A stretch of DNA of 64,000 nucleotides from Pseudomonadota bacterium (lineage in GTDB: Bacteria; Pseudomonadota; Alphaproteobacteria; Sphingomonadales; Sphingomonadaceae): NCBI GenBank assembly GCA_039815865.1, contig JBCBYM010000001.1, positions 3,933-67,932 on the forward strand, read 5' to 3'. This document shows, one piece after another, positions 48,943 through 58,115 of the stretch. A program made the position numbers and the translations under genes. The notes beneath the pieces were generated by a model. That model did no database searches and had not been told where the DNA came from. It saw only the letters and a list, made by a program, of their open reading frames with translations. Positions within the stretch are counted from its first letter, which is position 1; each line of letters opens with the position of its first letter.

Positions 48943-49200
48943 TTGATCGCCGCCGCCCGCCCTTTGCGCTCCATCGCGCTCGCTTCACTTGCTGCGCTGA
49001 CAGTGGCTGCGTGCGGCACCGAGGCCGAGGCGCCATCCGGCCCCGGCGCGATCAGCGAAGGCGAAGCGCGCGCGCTGGATGAAGCGGCGAAGATGCTCGA
49101 CGCGCAGCGCCTGCCCGAAGGCGCGCTTCCCGATGTCGACCCTTCGACCGAAGATGCGCCGCAGCCTGATCCGGCCACCGATACAACCTCCGACGAGTAA
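48943..49200 (+). CDS. small lipoprotein
   Basis: LAALTVAACG lipobox, then an amphipathic helix SEGEARALDEAAKMLD. Confidence 0.7.
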   Translation: MIAAARPLRSIALASLAALTVAACGTEAEAPSGPGAISEGEARALDEAAKMLDAQRLPEGALPDVDPSTEDAPQPDPATDTTSDE

Positions 49201-49231
49201 ACCTGACAGGACCCTTTAAGGACCCACCACC

Positions 49232-50437
49232 ATGAACGCCCCGATCACGGACACCTCTGCCTTCAACACCGGCATGGACGACGACATCTTCGAGCAGTTC
49301 GCCGAGCAGCTCGAGAAATACGTGCGCGAACGCCTGATCCCCGCTGAAGGCGAGGTGATCGCCAACGATCGCATCCCCGAAGAGATCGTCGATGAAATGC
49401 GCGACATGGGTCTGTTCGGCCTGAGCGTGCCCGAGGAATATGGCGGCGCGGGGCTCAACATGGTGCAATACGCGCGGATCGTGAACATCATGGCCTACGC
49501 CGCGCCCGCCTTTCGCTCGATCTTCTCGATCAATATCGGCATGTTCGCGAGCGCGCTGAAAAACGGCGGCACTGAGGCTCAGCGCCAGGAATGGTTCCCT
49601 AAGCTGGTTGAAGGCAAGATCGCCTGCTTTGGGCTCACAGAGCCGGGTTCTGGCAGCGACAGCGCGGCGATGCAGACTTTCGCGAAGGCCGATCCGAACG
49701 GCAATGGCTGGATCATCAACGGCACCAAGCGCTATATCACCAACGCGCCGCACGCCGATGTCGCGCTTATCATGGCGCGCACCGAGAAAGAGGCCCTGCC
49801 CAAGAACGCGCATGTCAGCGCCTTCCTTGTGCCGATGGACACGCCGGGGGTTTCCACCGGATCGCCGGACAAGAAGATGGGTCAGGAAGGCAGCCATATC
49901 TCGGATGTGATGCTCGACGATGTAAAGGTGCCGGGCGACGCGCTGCTGGGCGGCGAGACGGGCAAGGGTTTCCGCTTTGCGATGCAGAGCCTCGACAATG
50001 GCCGCATCTCTGTGGGGGCGACCGCAACGGGCTATGCGCGCCGCGCGCTCAATTCTGCGATCCGCTACGCGCAGGAGCGCAAGGCCTTTGGCGAGCCCAT
50101 TTCGCGCTTCCAGCTTATCCAGGCGATGCTGGCCGACAGCGAGACGGAGATTTATGCGGCGGAATGTATGATGCGCGATGTCACCGCGCGCGCTGACCGG
50201 GGCGAGAACGTCATCACCAAGGCCGCCGCCTTCAAGGTCTTCGCCAGCGAAATGTGCGGGCGCGTGGTGGACCGGGTGGTGCAGATCTATGGCGGCGCGG
50301 GTTACCTCGCCGAATACGAAGCCGAGCGCTATTTCCGCGATGCGCGCATCTACCGCATCTACGAAGGCACGACGCAAATCCTGCAGCTCCAGATCGCCAA
50401 GCACATGCTTCGCGAATGGGAAGCAGCCAACGGCTGA
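49232..50437 (+). CDS. acyl-CoA dehydrogenase
   Basis: PEEYGG, FGLTEPGSGSD, INGTKRYITN, KKMG, ERKAFG..I..FQ, RIYEGTTQI. Confidence 0.95.
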   Translation: MNAPITDTSAFNTGMDDDIFEQFAEQLEKYVRERLIPAEGEVIANDRIPEEIVDEMRDMGLFGLSVPEEYGGAGLNMVQYARIVNIMAYAAPAFRSIFSINIGMFASALKNGGTEAQRQEWFPKLVEGKIACFGLTEPGSGSDSAAMQTFAKADPNGNGWIINGTKRYITNAPHADVALIMARTEKEALPKNAHVSAFLVPMDTPGVSTGSPDKKMGQEGSHISDVMLDDVKVPGDALLGGETGKGFRFAMQSLDNGRISVGATATGYARRALNSAIRYAQERKAFGEPISRFQLIQAMLADSETEIYAAECMMRDVTARADRGENVITKAAAFKVFASEMCGRVVDRVVQIYGGAGYLAEYEAERYFRDARIYRIYEGTTQILQLQIAKHMLREWEAANG

Positions 50438-50489
50438 TTTTGTCTGATCTTCGGATCGGGTCTCCCTGGTCCGCGACCAAGGGTTACCC

Positions 50490-51734
50490 ATGTACAACCT
50501 CCTTTCCGACCTCTCGCTTGTTGAGGTCTCCAGCTTTGTCGCCTCGCCTACGGTGGGGCTCTATTTCGGGCAGATGGGCGCGGAGGTGATCCGCATCGAC
50601 CACAAGGCGGGCGGGCTCGATTACGATCGCTTTATGCTCACGAAAGAAGGCCGGTCGCTGTCCTGGGAAAACCTCAACCGGGCCAAGAAATCCGTCGCGC
50701 TCGATCTGCGCTCTGGCGAAGGGCGCGAGCTGTGCGTGGAGCTCGCCGCAAAGGTTGGCCAGTGCATCACCAACCTGCCGGAGAAGAGCTTCCTCAGCCA
50801 CGCCGCCATGCAAGCGAAGCGCGAGGACATGGTGTCCTTGCGCATCATGGGCTGGCACGATGGACGCCAGGCGATGGACTTCACCGTTAACGCCGCCTCA
50901 GGCTATCCGCTGATGACGGGGCCCGAGGAATGGGACCCGGAAACCGCGCCGCCCGTCAGCCAGCCCATGCCCGCCTGGGACTTCATCACCGGCGCCTATT
51001 CCTCGTTTGCGCTGATGACGGCTTTGCGGCACCGCGATGCGACAGGCCAGGGCAGCGAGATGCGCGTGCCCTTGGGCGATGTCGCGATCGGGACCTTCGC
51101 CAATTCGGGAACGATGGCCGAAATGCTCTATCGCGAAGGAAACCGCGAGCGGATGGGCAACGCCATCTGGGGCGCGTTCGGGCGCGACTTTCAAGCGAAG
51201 GACGGCACGCGCTTCATGGTCGCCGCGCTCACGCCCAAGCAGTGGGACGGGCTTATCGCAGCGTTCGATGTGGCTGAGCCGATTGCTGCGCTCGAGAACG
51301 AACTGGGCGTCGATTTCAGCGCCGGGGATCGCCCGCGCTTTGAGAACCGCGCGCGGCTGTTCGACCTGTTTCAGGCCGCCGCCGAGCAGCACGATTACGC
51401 CGACCTTGCCGAGCGCATGGCTGCACAGGGCTGCACGTTTGAACGCTACCGCTCCCATTACGAAGCCGCGCAGGATCCGATGCTGGTGGCAGACAACCCG
51501 TTGTTCGGCCCCTCACCTGCCAACCCATCGGGATTTGAATACCCGGCGACGCGATCTTTCGCGAACCTGCCCGCGCATGAAGCCGGCGACCCGGCTCCCG
51601 CGCCGTTCCTCGGTCAGCATTCCGAAGAGGTTCTGGCTGAGAAGCTGGGGCTGTCTTCGGGCGCGATTGCCAAGCTGATCGATGCAGGCACGGTTGCCCG
51701 TTCCGATGAAAACGCTGACTATTCGGCCCGATAA
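50490..51734 (+). CDS. family III CoA transferase, mesaconyl-CoA C1-C4 transferase (2-methylfumaryl-CoA isomerase)-like
   Basis: SSFVASP..GLYFGQMGAEVIRID, LNRAKKSVALDLR, and PAWD carrying the putative catalytic Asp. Confidence 0.8.
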   Translation: MYNLLSDLSLVEVSSFVASPTVGLYFGQMGAEVIRIDHKAGGLDYDRFMLTKEGRSLSWENLNRAKKSVALDLRSGEGRELCVELAAKVGQCITNLPEKSFLSHAAMQAKREDMVSLRIMGWHDGRQAMDFTVNAASGYPLMTGPEEWDPETAPPVSQPMPAWDFITGAYSSFALMTALRHRDATGQGSEMRVPLGDVAIGTFANSGTMAEMLYREGNRERMGNAIWGAFGRDFQAKDGTRFMVAALTPKQWDGLIAAFDVAEPIAALENELGVDFSAGDRPRFENRARLFDLFQAAAEQHDYADLAERMAAQGCTFERYRSHYEAAQDPMLVADNPLFGPSPANPSGFEYPATRSFANLPAHEAGDPAPAPFLGQHSEEVLAEKLGLSSGAIAKLIDAGTVARSDENADYSAR

Positions 51735-51746
51735 GGAAGACCGCTC

Positions 51747-52973
51747 ATGACACGCCGCGCCGCTATCTGCACCCCGCTTCGCACGCCGGTTGGCAAGTTT
51801 CTGGGAGGCCTCTCCAGCCTCAACGCCGGCGAACTGGGCGCGGTGATCCTCAAAGCGCTTATCGAGCGTTCCGGCATCGATCCGTCCCGCGTCGATGATG
51901 TCGTCTTCTCGCAAGGCTACGGCAACGCCGAGGCGCCCGCTATTGGCCGGTGGAGCTGGCTTGCCGCTGACTTGCCGATCGAAGTGCCCGGCTATCAGCT
52001 GGATCGGCGCTGCGGCTCAGGCCTGCTGGCGGTCGCCAATGCGGCGATGATGGTGGAAACCGGCATGGCCGATGTCGTGGTCGCCGGCGGATGCGAGAGC
52101 ATGTCCAATGTCGAGCACTACACGCTGCAGGGGCGGGGCGGCGCTCGCATGGGCGATATCACGCTCTATGATCGCCTCTCACGCGGGCGCTTGATGAGCC
52201 AGCCGATTGAGCGCTTTGGCGTCATCACCGGGATGATCGAGACCGCGGACAATCTTGCCAAGGACTATTCGATCACGCGCGAAGAGGCCGACGCTTATGC
52301 CGTGCGCTCACACCAGAACGCCGCTCGCGCTTGGGAAGAGGGCAAGTTTGACGCGCAGCTCGTCCCCGTCGATGTCCCCCAACGGCGCGGCGATCCCATC
52401 TCCTTTGCCAAGGATGAAGGCTATCGCGAAGACGCCTCGATGGAGACGCTCGGCAAGCTGCGCGCGATTGACGGCAAGCGCGACCCTGAGGCCATCGTCA
52501 CCGCCGGTAACGCCAGCCAGCAGAACGACGCGGCGGCGGCGTGTCTGGTTGTGGCGGAAGACAAACTCGAAGAGCTGGGCCTTGAGCCGATGCTGTGGTT
52601 TGGCGGCTGGTCAGCGGCGGGCTGCGACCCCTCGCGGATGGGCATTGGCCCGGTTCCGGCGGTTGAGCGGCTGTTTGAACGGCGCGGATACAGCTGGGAC
52701 GATGTCGACCTTGTCGAATTGAACGAAGCTTTCGCTCCGCAAGTGCTCGCCGTCCTAAAGGGTTGGGGCTGGAGCGCGGATGACAGCCGGATGGACGCGC
52801 TCAACGTCAACGGCTCAGGCATTTCGCTGGGCCATCCTATAGGGGCGACCGGTATCCGCATCCTTGCCGACATGGCCTATGAGATGGAACGACGCGGGGC
52901 GCGCTATGGGCTTGAGACGATGTGCGTAGGCGGCGGTCAGGGCATGGCGGCGATGTTTGAGCGCGCCGCTTGA
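51747..52973 (+). CDS. acetyl-CoA C-acyltransferase (thiolase)
   Basis: DRRCGSG, TAGNASQQND, ELNEAFA, GHPIGATG, CVGGGQG. Confidence 0.95.
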   Translation: MTRRAAICTPLRTPVGKFLGGLSSLNAGELGAVILKALIERSGIDPSRVDDVVFSQGYGNAEAPAIGRWSWLAADLPIEVPGYQLDRRCGSGLLAVANAAMMVETGMADVVVAGGCESMSNVEHYTLQGRGGARMGDITLYDRLSRGRLMSQPIERFGVITGMIETADNLAKDYSITREEADAYAVRSHQNAARAWEEGKFDAQLVPVDVPQRRGDPISFAKDEGYREDASMETLGKLRAIDGKRDPEAIVTAGNASQQNDAAAACLVVAEDKLEELGLEPMLWFGGWSAAGCDPSRMGIGPVPAVERLFERRGYSWDDVDLVELNEAFAPQVLAVLKGWGWSADDSRMDALNVNGSGISLGHPIGATGIRILADMAYEMERRGARYGLETMCVGGGQGMAAMFERAA

Positions 52974-53821
52974 GCGAATTCAACGCCTGGATCGGGCGCG
53001 AGATGCGCGTCGCCGACCGGCTCGATGAGGCGCTGGCGCGCCGGTGGCTCGCGACCTTTGACCTTGGCCCGGCTGAGGATGGGACGCTGCCTCAGGGTAT
53101 CCATTTTGCCCTGTGCACACCTGAAGCGCCAAGCGCGCAATTGGGCGAGGATGGCCACCCAGCGCGCGATCAGAGCGCTACCAGCTTCCTTCCACCCTTA
53201 CCGCTGCCGCGCCGCATGTGGGCCTCGAGCGCGATTGAGTTTCTCGCGCCGGTTGCGGTTGGCTCGGCTATCGAACGCACCAGCCGGGTCGCCTCAATCA
53301 GCGAAAAGGAAGGCGCCTCGGGCAAGCTCGCCTTTGTCAATGTCGAGCACGATACGCGCTCAAACGGGACGCTGAGCGTGCGCGAAGTGCAGACGTTGGT
53401 CTATCGCGAAGCCGCTGCGCCCGATGCGCCGCTCAGCCCGCCCGAGGTCGGTGATGAGGGCTTTGACACCGCGCCCTGGGACCGGTTCCATGTCGAGCGG
53501 CCAGACGAAGCCCTCTTGTTCCGCTATTCAGCGCTGACCTTCAACACCCACCGCATCCATTACGATGCGCCCTATGCGCGCGAAGTCGAGCGTTATCGCG
53601 GGCTGGTCGTCCATGGGCCGCTGACCGCCAGCCTGATGCTCCAATTCGCCGCGCGCGAGCTGGGGCACAACCGCCTGCGCCGCTTTGAGTTTCGCGGCAT
53701 GTCGCCCGCAATTGTGGGCGAGGCTTTGATCCTGGTCTTTCGCGGCGTGGATGAGGGCTTCGAGATGGCCGCTGTGGCCGCCGACGGGCGGCAAGTAACC
53801 AAGGCGCGAGCACGGGTTTAA
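52970..53821 (+). CDS. double-hotdog (MaoC/FAS1-like) hydratase, mesaconyl-C4-CoA/itaconyl-CoA hydratase-like
   Basis: LGEDGHP, PLPRRMWA, LFRYSALTFNTHRIHYD, LVVHGPL. TTGA overlap with the thiolase stop. Confidence 0.82.
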   Translation: MSEFNAWIGREMRVADRLDEALARRWLATFDLGPAEDGTLPQGIHFALCTPEAPSAQLGEDGHPARDQSATSFLPPLPLPRRMWASSAIEFLAPVAVGSAIERTSRVASISEKEGASGKLAFVNVEHDTRSNGTLSVREVQTLVYREAAAPDAPLSPPEVGDEGFDTAPWDRFHVERPDEALLFRYSALTFNTHRIHYDAPYAREVERYRGLVVHGPLTASLMLQFAARELGHNRLRRFEFRGMSPAIVGEALILVFRGVDEGFEMAAVAADGRQVTKARARV

Positions 53822-54768
53822 TCGGCTGTGACGAAGCTCGCCACTGCCTCAACCAGTTCGGGATGGATCGGCAGCGAGCTATCCGAATAGGCAGCGATAT
53901 TGGCAGCCCGGCCCTCTCCTTGGACCGCTTTGAGAACGTGGTTCATGTCCTCGATCACCACCAGCTCAGACGCAGGCTGCCCGGCGGCGATAGCCTTGGC
54001 ATCGGCGAGCGGCGTCTGAATGTCCTTGCCCCCTGAAACGATCAGCATGGGCACCGTGACACGGCCTGCCATCGCGGCAGGCTCGCGTGCCATGAGATCG
54101 ATCAGAAAGCCCTGAACGGCGGGCGCAAACAGACCCATCAACGCAGGGTGCATCCCTTCGGTGGAAACCCGCTCCCCGCGTTCCAGTGCGGTGATAGCGG
54201 CGATCGCTTCATCAAGGATCGGCGCATTGGCCGGGTTGGCGCGCAATTGCTGGCGCAGGATCTCGCCCATGGGACGGCCCTGCGAAGCGAGCAGGATTAC
54301 GCCGCAAACCCCCTCACGTGTCTGAGCCGCTTCAAGAGCGATCAGCCCTCCCTCGCTATGGCCAAGCAGCCAGATGCAGTCAGCCCCCGCCTCTTTGCGT
54401 CCGGCCTTCACCCATGCGGCGACATCGCGCGCATAGTCCGCCACGGTCACATCATTGGGATCGGCGATGGCCGCCTTGCTGCCGAACATGCCTCGCTTGT
54501 CGACCCGCAGGCTACCGATACCGCGTTTGGCCAAAGCTTCGGCCAGCAGGCGGTAAGAGGCGGCTGTCACGCCCATCGGGTTGTTTCCATCGCGATCTGT
54601 AGGGCCTGAGCCGGGGATGATGAGCACAGTGGGCAGGCCATCGGTGGGCGCGATCAGCGTGCCTGCAAGGTCGCCTTCAGGGCCGGGCGCGGTCAGTTCC
54701 ATGGGTTCTCCAGCATGGGCAATGCTCGCCAAAGTGGCGGCCAGAAGGGGTCCGAACAGACATTTCAT
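53818..54768 (-). CDS. exported alpha/beta hydrolase
   Basis: Signal peptide, GSGPTDRDGN, GHSEGG nucleophile elbow, GGKDIQ, MNHVLK. Confidence 0.88.
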   Translation of the reverse strand: MKCLFGPLLAATLASIAHAGEPMELTAPGPEGDLAGTLIAPTDGLPTVLIIPGSGPTDRDGNNPMGVTAASYRLLAEALAKRGIGSLRVDKRGMFGSKAAIADPNDVTVADYARDVAAWVKAGRKEAGADCIWLLGHSEGGLIALEAAQTREGVCGVILLASQGRPMGEILRQQLRANPANAPILDEAIAAITALERGERVSTEGMHPALMGLFAPAVQGFLIDLMAREPAAMAGRVTVPMLIVSGGKDIQTPLADAKAIAAGQPASELVVIEDMNHVLKAVQGEGRAANIAAYSDSSLPIHPELVEAVASFVTAD

Positions 54769-54769
54769 T

Positions 54770-54982
54770 TCATTCCTCCTTTGGCGGCCGCCCCCGGCGC
54801 GGTTTCGCCGTTTGCTCCGCCTCGATCCCGCGCGCTTTCAAAGCCTCACGCAAGAGCACTTCGATCTGCGCGTTGGCCGAGCGCAATTCGGCCCCCGCGA
54901 GCCGCTCAATCGCGGCGTGAACCGCCGGATCGAGCCGCAGCGCGAAGGCCTTTTTGGCAAACGGTTTTTCGGGTGCAGCCAT
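54770..54982 (-). CDS. Arc/ribbon-helix-helix-like DNA-binding protein with AT-hook tail
   Basis: KKAFALRLDPAVHAAIERLAGAELRSANAQIEVLLREAL, then RRGRPPK. AAGGAGG SD. Confidence 0.85.
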   Translation of the reverse strand: MAAPEKPFAKKAFALRLDPAVHAAIERLAGAELRSANAQIEVLLREALKARGIEAEQTAKPRRGRPPKEE

Positions 54983-55005
54983 GGCTGCCTCCTTGGGTGC
55001 TTGAC

Positions 55006-55908
55006 TTACTGGTAGAGCGTGCCGGCGTTGACGACCGGCTGCGCTTCGCGATCGCCGCACAAAACCACCATCAGATTGGAGACCATTGCCGCGCGGCGTT
55101 CGTCATCCAGTTCGACAATGCCATCGGCGGAAAGCTTCTCCAGCGCATCCTCGACCATGCCGACCGCGCCCAGCACGACCTTCTTGCGCGCGGCGATCAC
55201 CGCATCAGCTTGCTGGCGGCGCAGCATGGCTCCTGCAATTTCGGGCGCATAGGCGAGGTGGGTAAGGCCCGCTTCATTGACGACAATGCCCGAGACCTTG
55301 AGGCGCTCATTGAGCTCGGTGATGAGTTCGGAATTGATCACGTCGGCGCTGCCGCGCAGCGTCACTTCGTCCTCTTCGCTCATGTCGTCATACGGGTAGC
55401 GCGAACCGACCGTGCGCAGGCCCGCTTCGATCTGGATGTTCACGAATTCGCGATAGTCATCGACATCGAACACCGCCTGCGCCGTATCCGAGACGCGCCA
55501 GACGACATTGCAGGCGATCTCGATCGGATTGCCGCGCAGATCGTTGATCTTGACCTTGTCGGAATGGATGTTGTGGGCGCGCACGCTGACCTTCTTCTTT
55601 CCCATCCACGGCCAGATCCATTGCAGGCCCTCGCTGCGCACCGTGCCCTTGTACTCGCCAAACAGCGTGATCACGACGGCCTGATTGGGCTGGATCATGA
55701 AAAAGCCGATTGGGATCAGAACCACGGTCACCACGGACAGGATCAGCAGCGCAACGCCAACGGCGGGCAGGACCGGCGCGAGCTGCATAGCGAAGAAAAC
55801 CACCGCGAAGGTAAGGAAGACCAGCCCCCCCACCACGGTGATGTACCCATTGTAGGCGGAGCCGGGTCGCTCCTGGCTGGATTGAATTGATAAGGCGGGG
55901 TTGGTCAT
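55006..55908 (-). CDS. SPFH/Band 7 domain membrane protein
   Basis: Two TM segments, [52 protein letters not shown]. Confidence 0.92.
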   Translation of the reverse strand: MTNPALSIQSSQERPGSAYNGYITVVGGLVFLTFAVVFFAMQLAPVLPAVGVALLILSVVTVVLIPIGFFMIQPNQAVVITLFGEYKGTVRSEGLQWIWPWMGKKKVSVRAHNIHSDKVKINDLRGNPIEIACNVVWRVSDTAQAVFDVDDYREFVNIQIEAGLRTVGSRYPYDDMSEEDEVTLRGSADVINSELITELNERLKVSGIVVNEAGLTHLAYAPEIAGAMLRRQQADAVIAARKKVVLGAVGMVEDALEKLSADGIVELDDERRAAMVSNLMVVLCGDREAQPVVNAGTLYQ

Positions 55909-55924
55909 AGATGTCCTCCTGTTT

Positions 55925-55940
55925 AATATGATATCATATT
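55925..55940. promoter_or_regulatory. perfect 16-bp AT-rich palindrome (operator candidate)
   Basis: AATATGATATCATATT, 16 bp upstream of the SPFH start, with a further TGATAT copy 11 bp away. Confidence 0.7.
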
Positions 55941-55966
55941 TATATCAAAGGAGGTGATTTGTCCAG

Positions 55967-56740
55967 CTAAATCGGGTAATCCGTGATCGGGCGCATCACT
56001 TCATAGCTCTCCGCCTTGGGGGTGCGGCCGAGCTCAGGAAAGTCGATTTCCGGCGGCTCGACATGGGTATCGGGCAGCCGGTCCAGCAGATCGCGGATCA
56101 AACTGAGCCGCCCGCGCTTCTGATCGTTGAAATCCACCAGCGTCCACGGGGCATGGCTCGTATGCGTGGCGCGCAGCATCGCCTCGCGCGCCTCAGTGTA
56201 AGCGTCGTACTTCTCGCGCGCGGCAAGATCGATGGGCGAGAGCTTCCAGCGCTTCAGGGGATCATCGAGCCGTTCGCGAAGGCGCTCTTCCTGGTTCTCC
56301 TGATCGGTGGTCAGCCAGTATTTGAACAGCAAGATGCCATCGTCGGTCAGCAGCTTTTCAAAGACCGGCGCCTGGTCCAGAAACCGCTCAATCTGAGGCG
56401 CATCGGCAAAGCCCATCACCTTCTCAACCCCGGCCCGGTTGTACCAGCTGCGATCAAACAGCACGATCTCGCCCGCGTGCGGCAGGTGCTGGATATAGCG
56501 CTGAAAATACCATTGGCTGCGCTCATCCTCGGTTGGCTTACCGAGCGCGACGGTGCGGCATTGGCGCGGGTTCAGTTTGTCGCGAACGCTGCGGATCGCC
56601 CCGCCCTTGCCCGCCGTATCGCGCCCCTCGAACAGCACCACGATCCGCGCGCCCGTGGTCCGCGCCCAGCGCGCCATGCCCACCAGCTCCTCGCTCATCG
56701 GTTCGAGGAGTTTGCGATACTCTTTGCCCTTGAGGCCCAT
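55967..56740 (-). CDS. ppk2: polyphosphate kinase 2
   Basis: FEGRDTAGKGG, QWYFQRY, FDRSWYNRAGVEKVMGF, KWKLSPID, RGRLSLI. Confidence 0.95.
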   Translation of the reverse strand: MGLKGKEYRKLLEPMSEELVGMARWARTTGARIVVLFEGRDTAGKGGAIRSVRDKLNPRQCRTVALGKPTEDERSQWYFQRYIQHLPHAGEIVLFDRSWYNRAGVEKVMGFADAPQIERFLDQAPVFEKLLTDDGILLFKYWLTTDQENQEERLRERLDDPLKRWKLSPIDLAAREKYDAYTEAREAMLRATHTSHAPWTLVDFNDQKRGRLSLIRDLLDRLPDTHVEPPEIDFPELGRTPKAESYEVMRPITDYPI

Positions 56741-56807
56741 CTGGCGTCCCTTTTGTCTTGTACGTTTGTTCTTGTGCTGGGACCAAGCTAGCCGCAAACT
56801 GCGCGCT

Positions 56808-57746
56808 ATGGCCACTCTTGCTGATCCTGCGATAGACTACTCAGCTCTTCCCGAGCTACCCGAGGACGTGTTCACCGCGCCTCTGATCCGCCCGGCGCAT
56901 GTAGGCGAGGATTGGCTGGAGCCTGCGCAAACCGCCTATTCGAGCGAGGATCACGCGATCTGGGATGATCTGTTTGCGCGCCAGATGGACCTCTTACCGG
57001 GCCGCGCAGCCAGCGCCCTTCTGGCGGGGCTGGAAAAGCTGGACCTTGGCAAAGGCGGCGTGCCTGATTTTGGCGCGATGTCAGAGGAATTGAACGCGCT
57101 GACCGGGTGGAGCGTGGTGCCGGTGCCCATGCTGATCCCCGATCACGTATTTTTCTGGCACCTTGCAAACCGGCGCTTCCCGGCGGGCAATTTCATCCGC
57201 ACACGAGAGACGTTCGACTACATCCAGGAACCGGACGTCTTCCACGATGTCTTTGGCCATGTGCCGATGCTCACCGACCCAGTGTTTGCTGATTACATGC
57301 AGGAATATGGCCGGGCCGGATGGAAGGCGATGCGCTACAACCGCTTGAAGGCGCTGGGCTCGCTCTATTGGTACACGGTTGAATTCGGGCTCATCGAGGA
57401 ACCGGACGGCATCAAGGCCTATGGCGCAGGGATCCTGTCCGGCCCGACCGAAGTCGTCTTCGCGACCCAAGGCAAGAGCCCCAATCGCATCATGCTCAAT
57501 GTCGATCGGGTGATGCGCACCGACTATGTGATCAGCGATCTGCAGCCGACCTATTTCGTGATTGAGAGCTTTGAGGACCTCTACCGTCAGACGGTGGAGC
57601 GCGATTTTGACCGGCTCTATCGCAACCTTCCCGCCGGCTTCACCTACGCCAACAGCGCGATCATCGATGTCGATTATGTGGTGAGCCGCGGCACACAGGA
57701 ATACCACCTGCGCGGCGGGGCGAGCAGTCAGACCGCGCCTGTTTAA
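56808..57746 (+). CDS. phhA: phenylalanine 4-monooxygenase
   Basis: DYIQEPDVFHDVFGHVPML, LYWYTVEFGL, AYGAGILS, QPTYFVI. Confidence 0.95.
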   Translation: MATLADPAIDYSALPELPEDVFTAPLIRPAHVGEDWLEPAQTAYSSEDHAIWDDLFARQMDLLPGRAASALLAGLEKLDLGKGGVPDFGAMSEELNALTGWSVVPVPMLIPDHVFFWHLANRRFPAGNFIRTRETFDYIQEPDVFHDVFGHVPMLTDPVFADYMQEYGRAGWKAMRYNRLKALGSLYWYTVEFGLIEEPDGIKAYGAGILSGPTEVVFATQGKSPNRIMLNVDRVMRTDYVISDLQPTYFVIESFEDLYRQTVERDFDRLYRNLPAGFTYANSAIIDVDYVVSRGTQEYHLRGGASSQTAPV

Positions 57747-58018
57747 ACGGCGCCGCTCTGATCCGCTTTCGCAGGGCGCGTCACAAACAGGTAGAACACA
57801 GTCAGCGCCGCGATCGCCCCACCCGCGCCCGAACCAAGCCCAAGAAGCGTCAGCCCGCCCAGCATAGAGCCGGTGTTGAACACAAAGCCGAACACGAGCG
57901 CCGCCACCATCCCAACGCCAATCTGGCGCAGGATCGCGCCCGCCTCATCCGTGCGCGCCAGGATCGAGCTGAGCCAGCCAAGGCTAATGCCAAGAATAAG
58001 AAGGACGAATAACGCCAT
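57743..58018 (-). CDS. GlsB/YeaQ/YmgE family small membrane protein
   Basis: LILGISLGWLSSIL, IGVGMVAA, three TM segments. Confidence 0.78.
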   Translation of the reverse strand: MALFVLLILGISLGWLSSILARTDEAGAILRQIGVGMVAALVFGFVFNTGSMLGGLTLLGLGSGAGGAIAALTVFYLFVTRPAKADQSGAV

Positions 58019-58059
58019 TGAGTGTCCGTGGAGTGTGATGGGTCGGGGTTCAGGCCATT

Positions 58060-58084
58060 AACCCGCGTAAGGCGGCCTTGTTCC
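58060..58084 (-). promoter_or_regulatory. EcfG/sigmaT general-stress promoter candidate
   Basis: Minus strand GGAAC-N17-GTT, about 40 bp upstream of the GlsB/YeaQ gene. Confidence 0.65.
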
Positions 58085-58115
58085 GACACGTGTGGCTCTT
58101 AAAGCCGGCTCGCCT

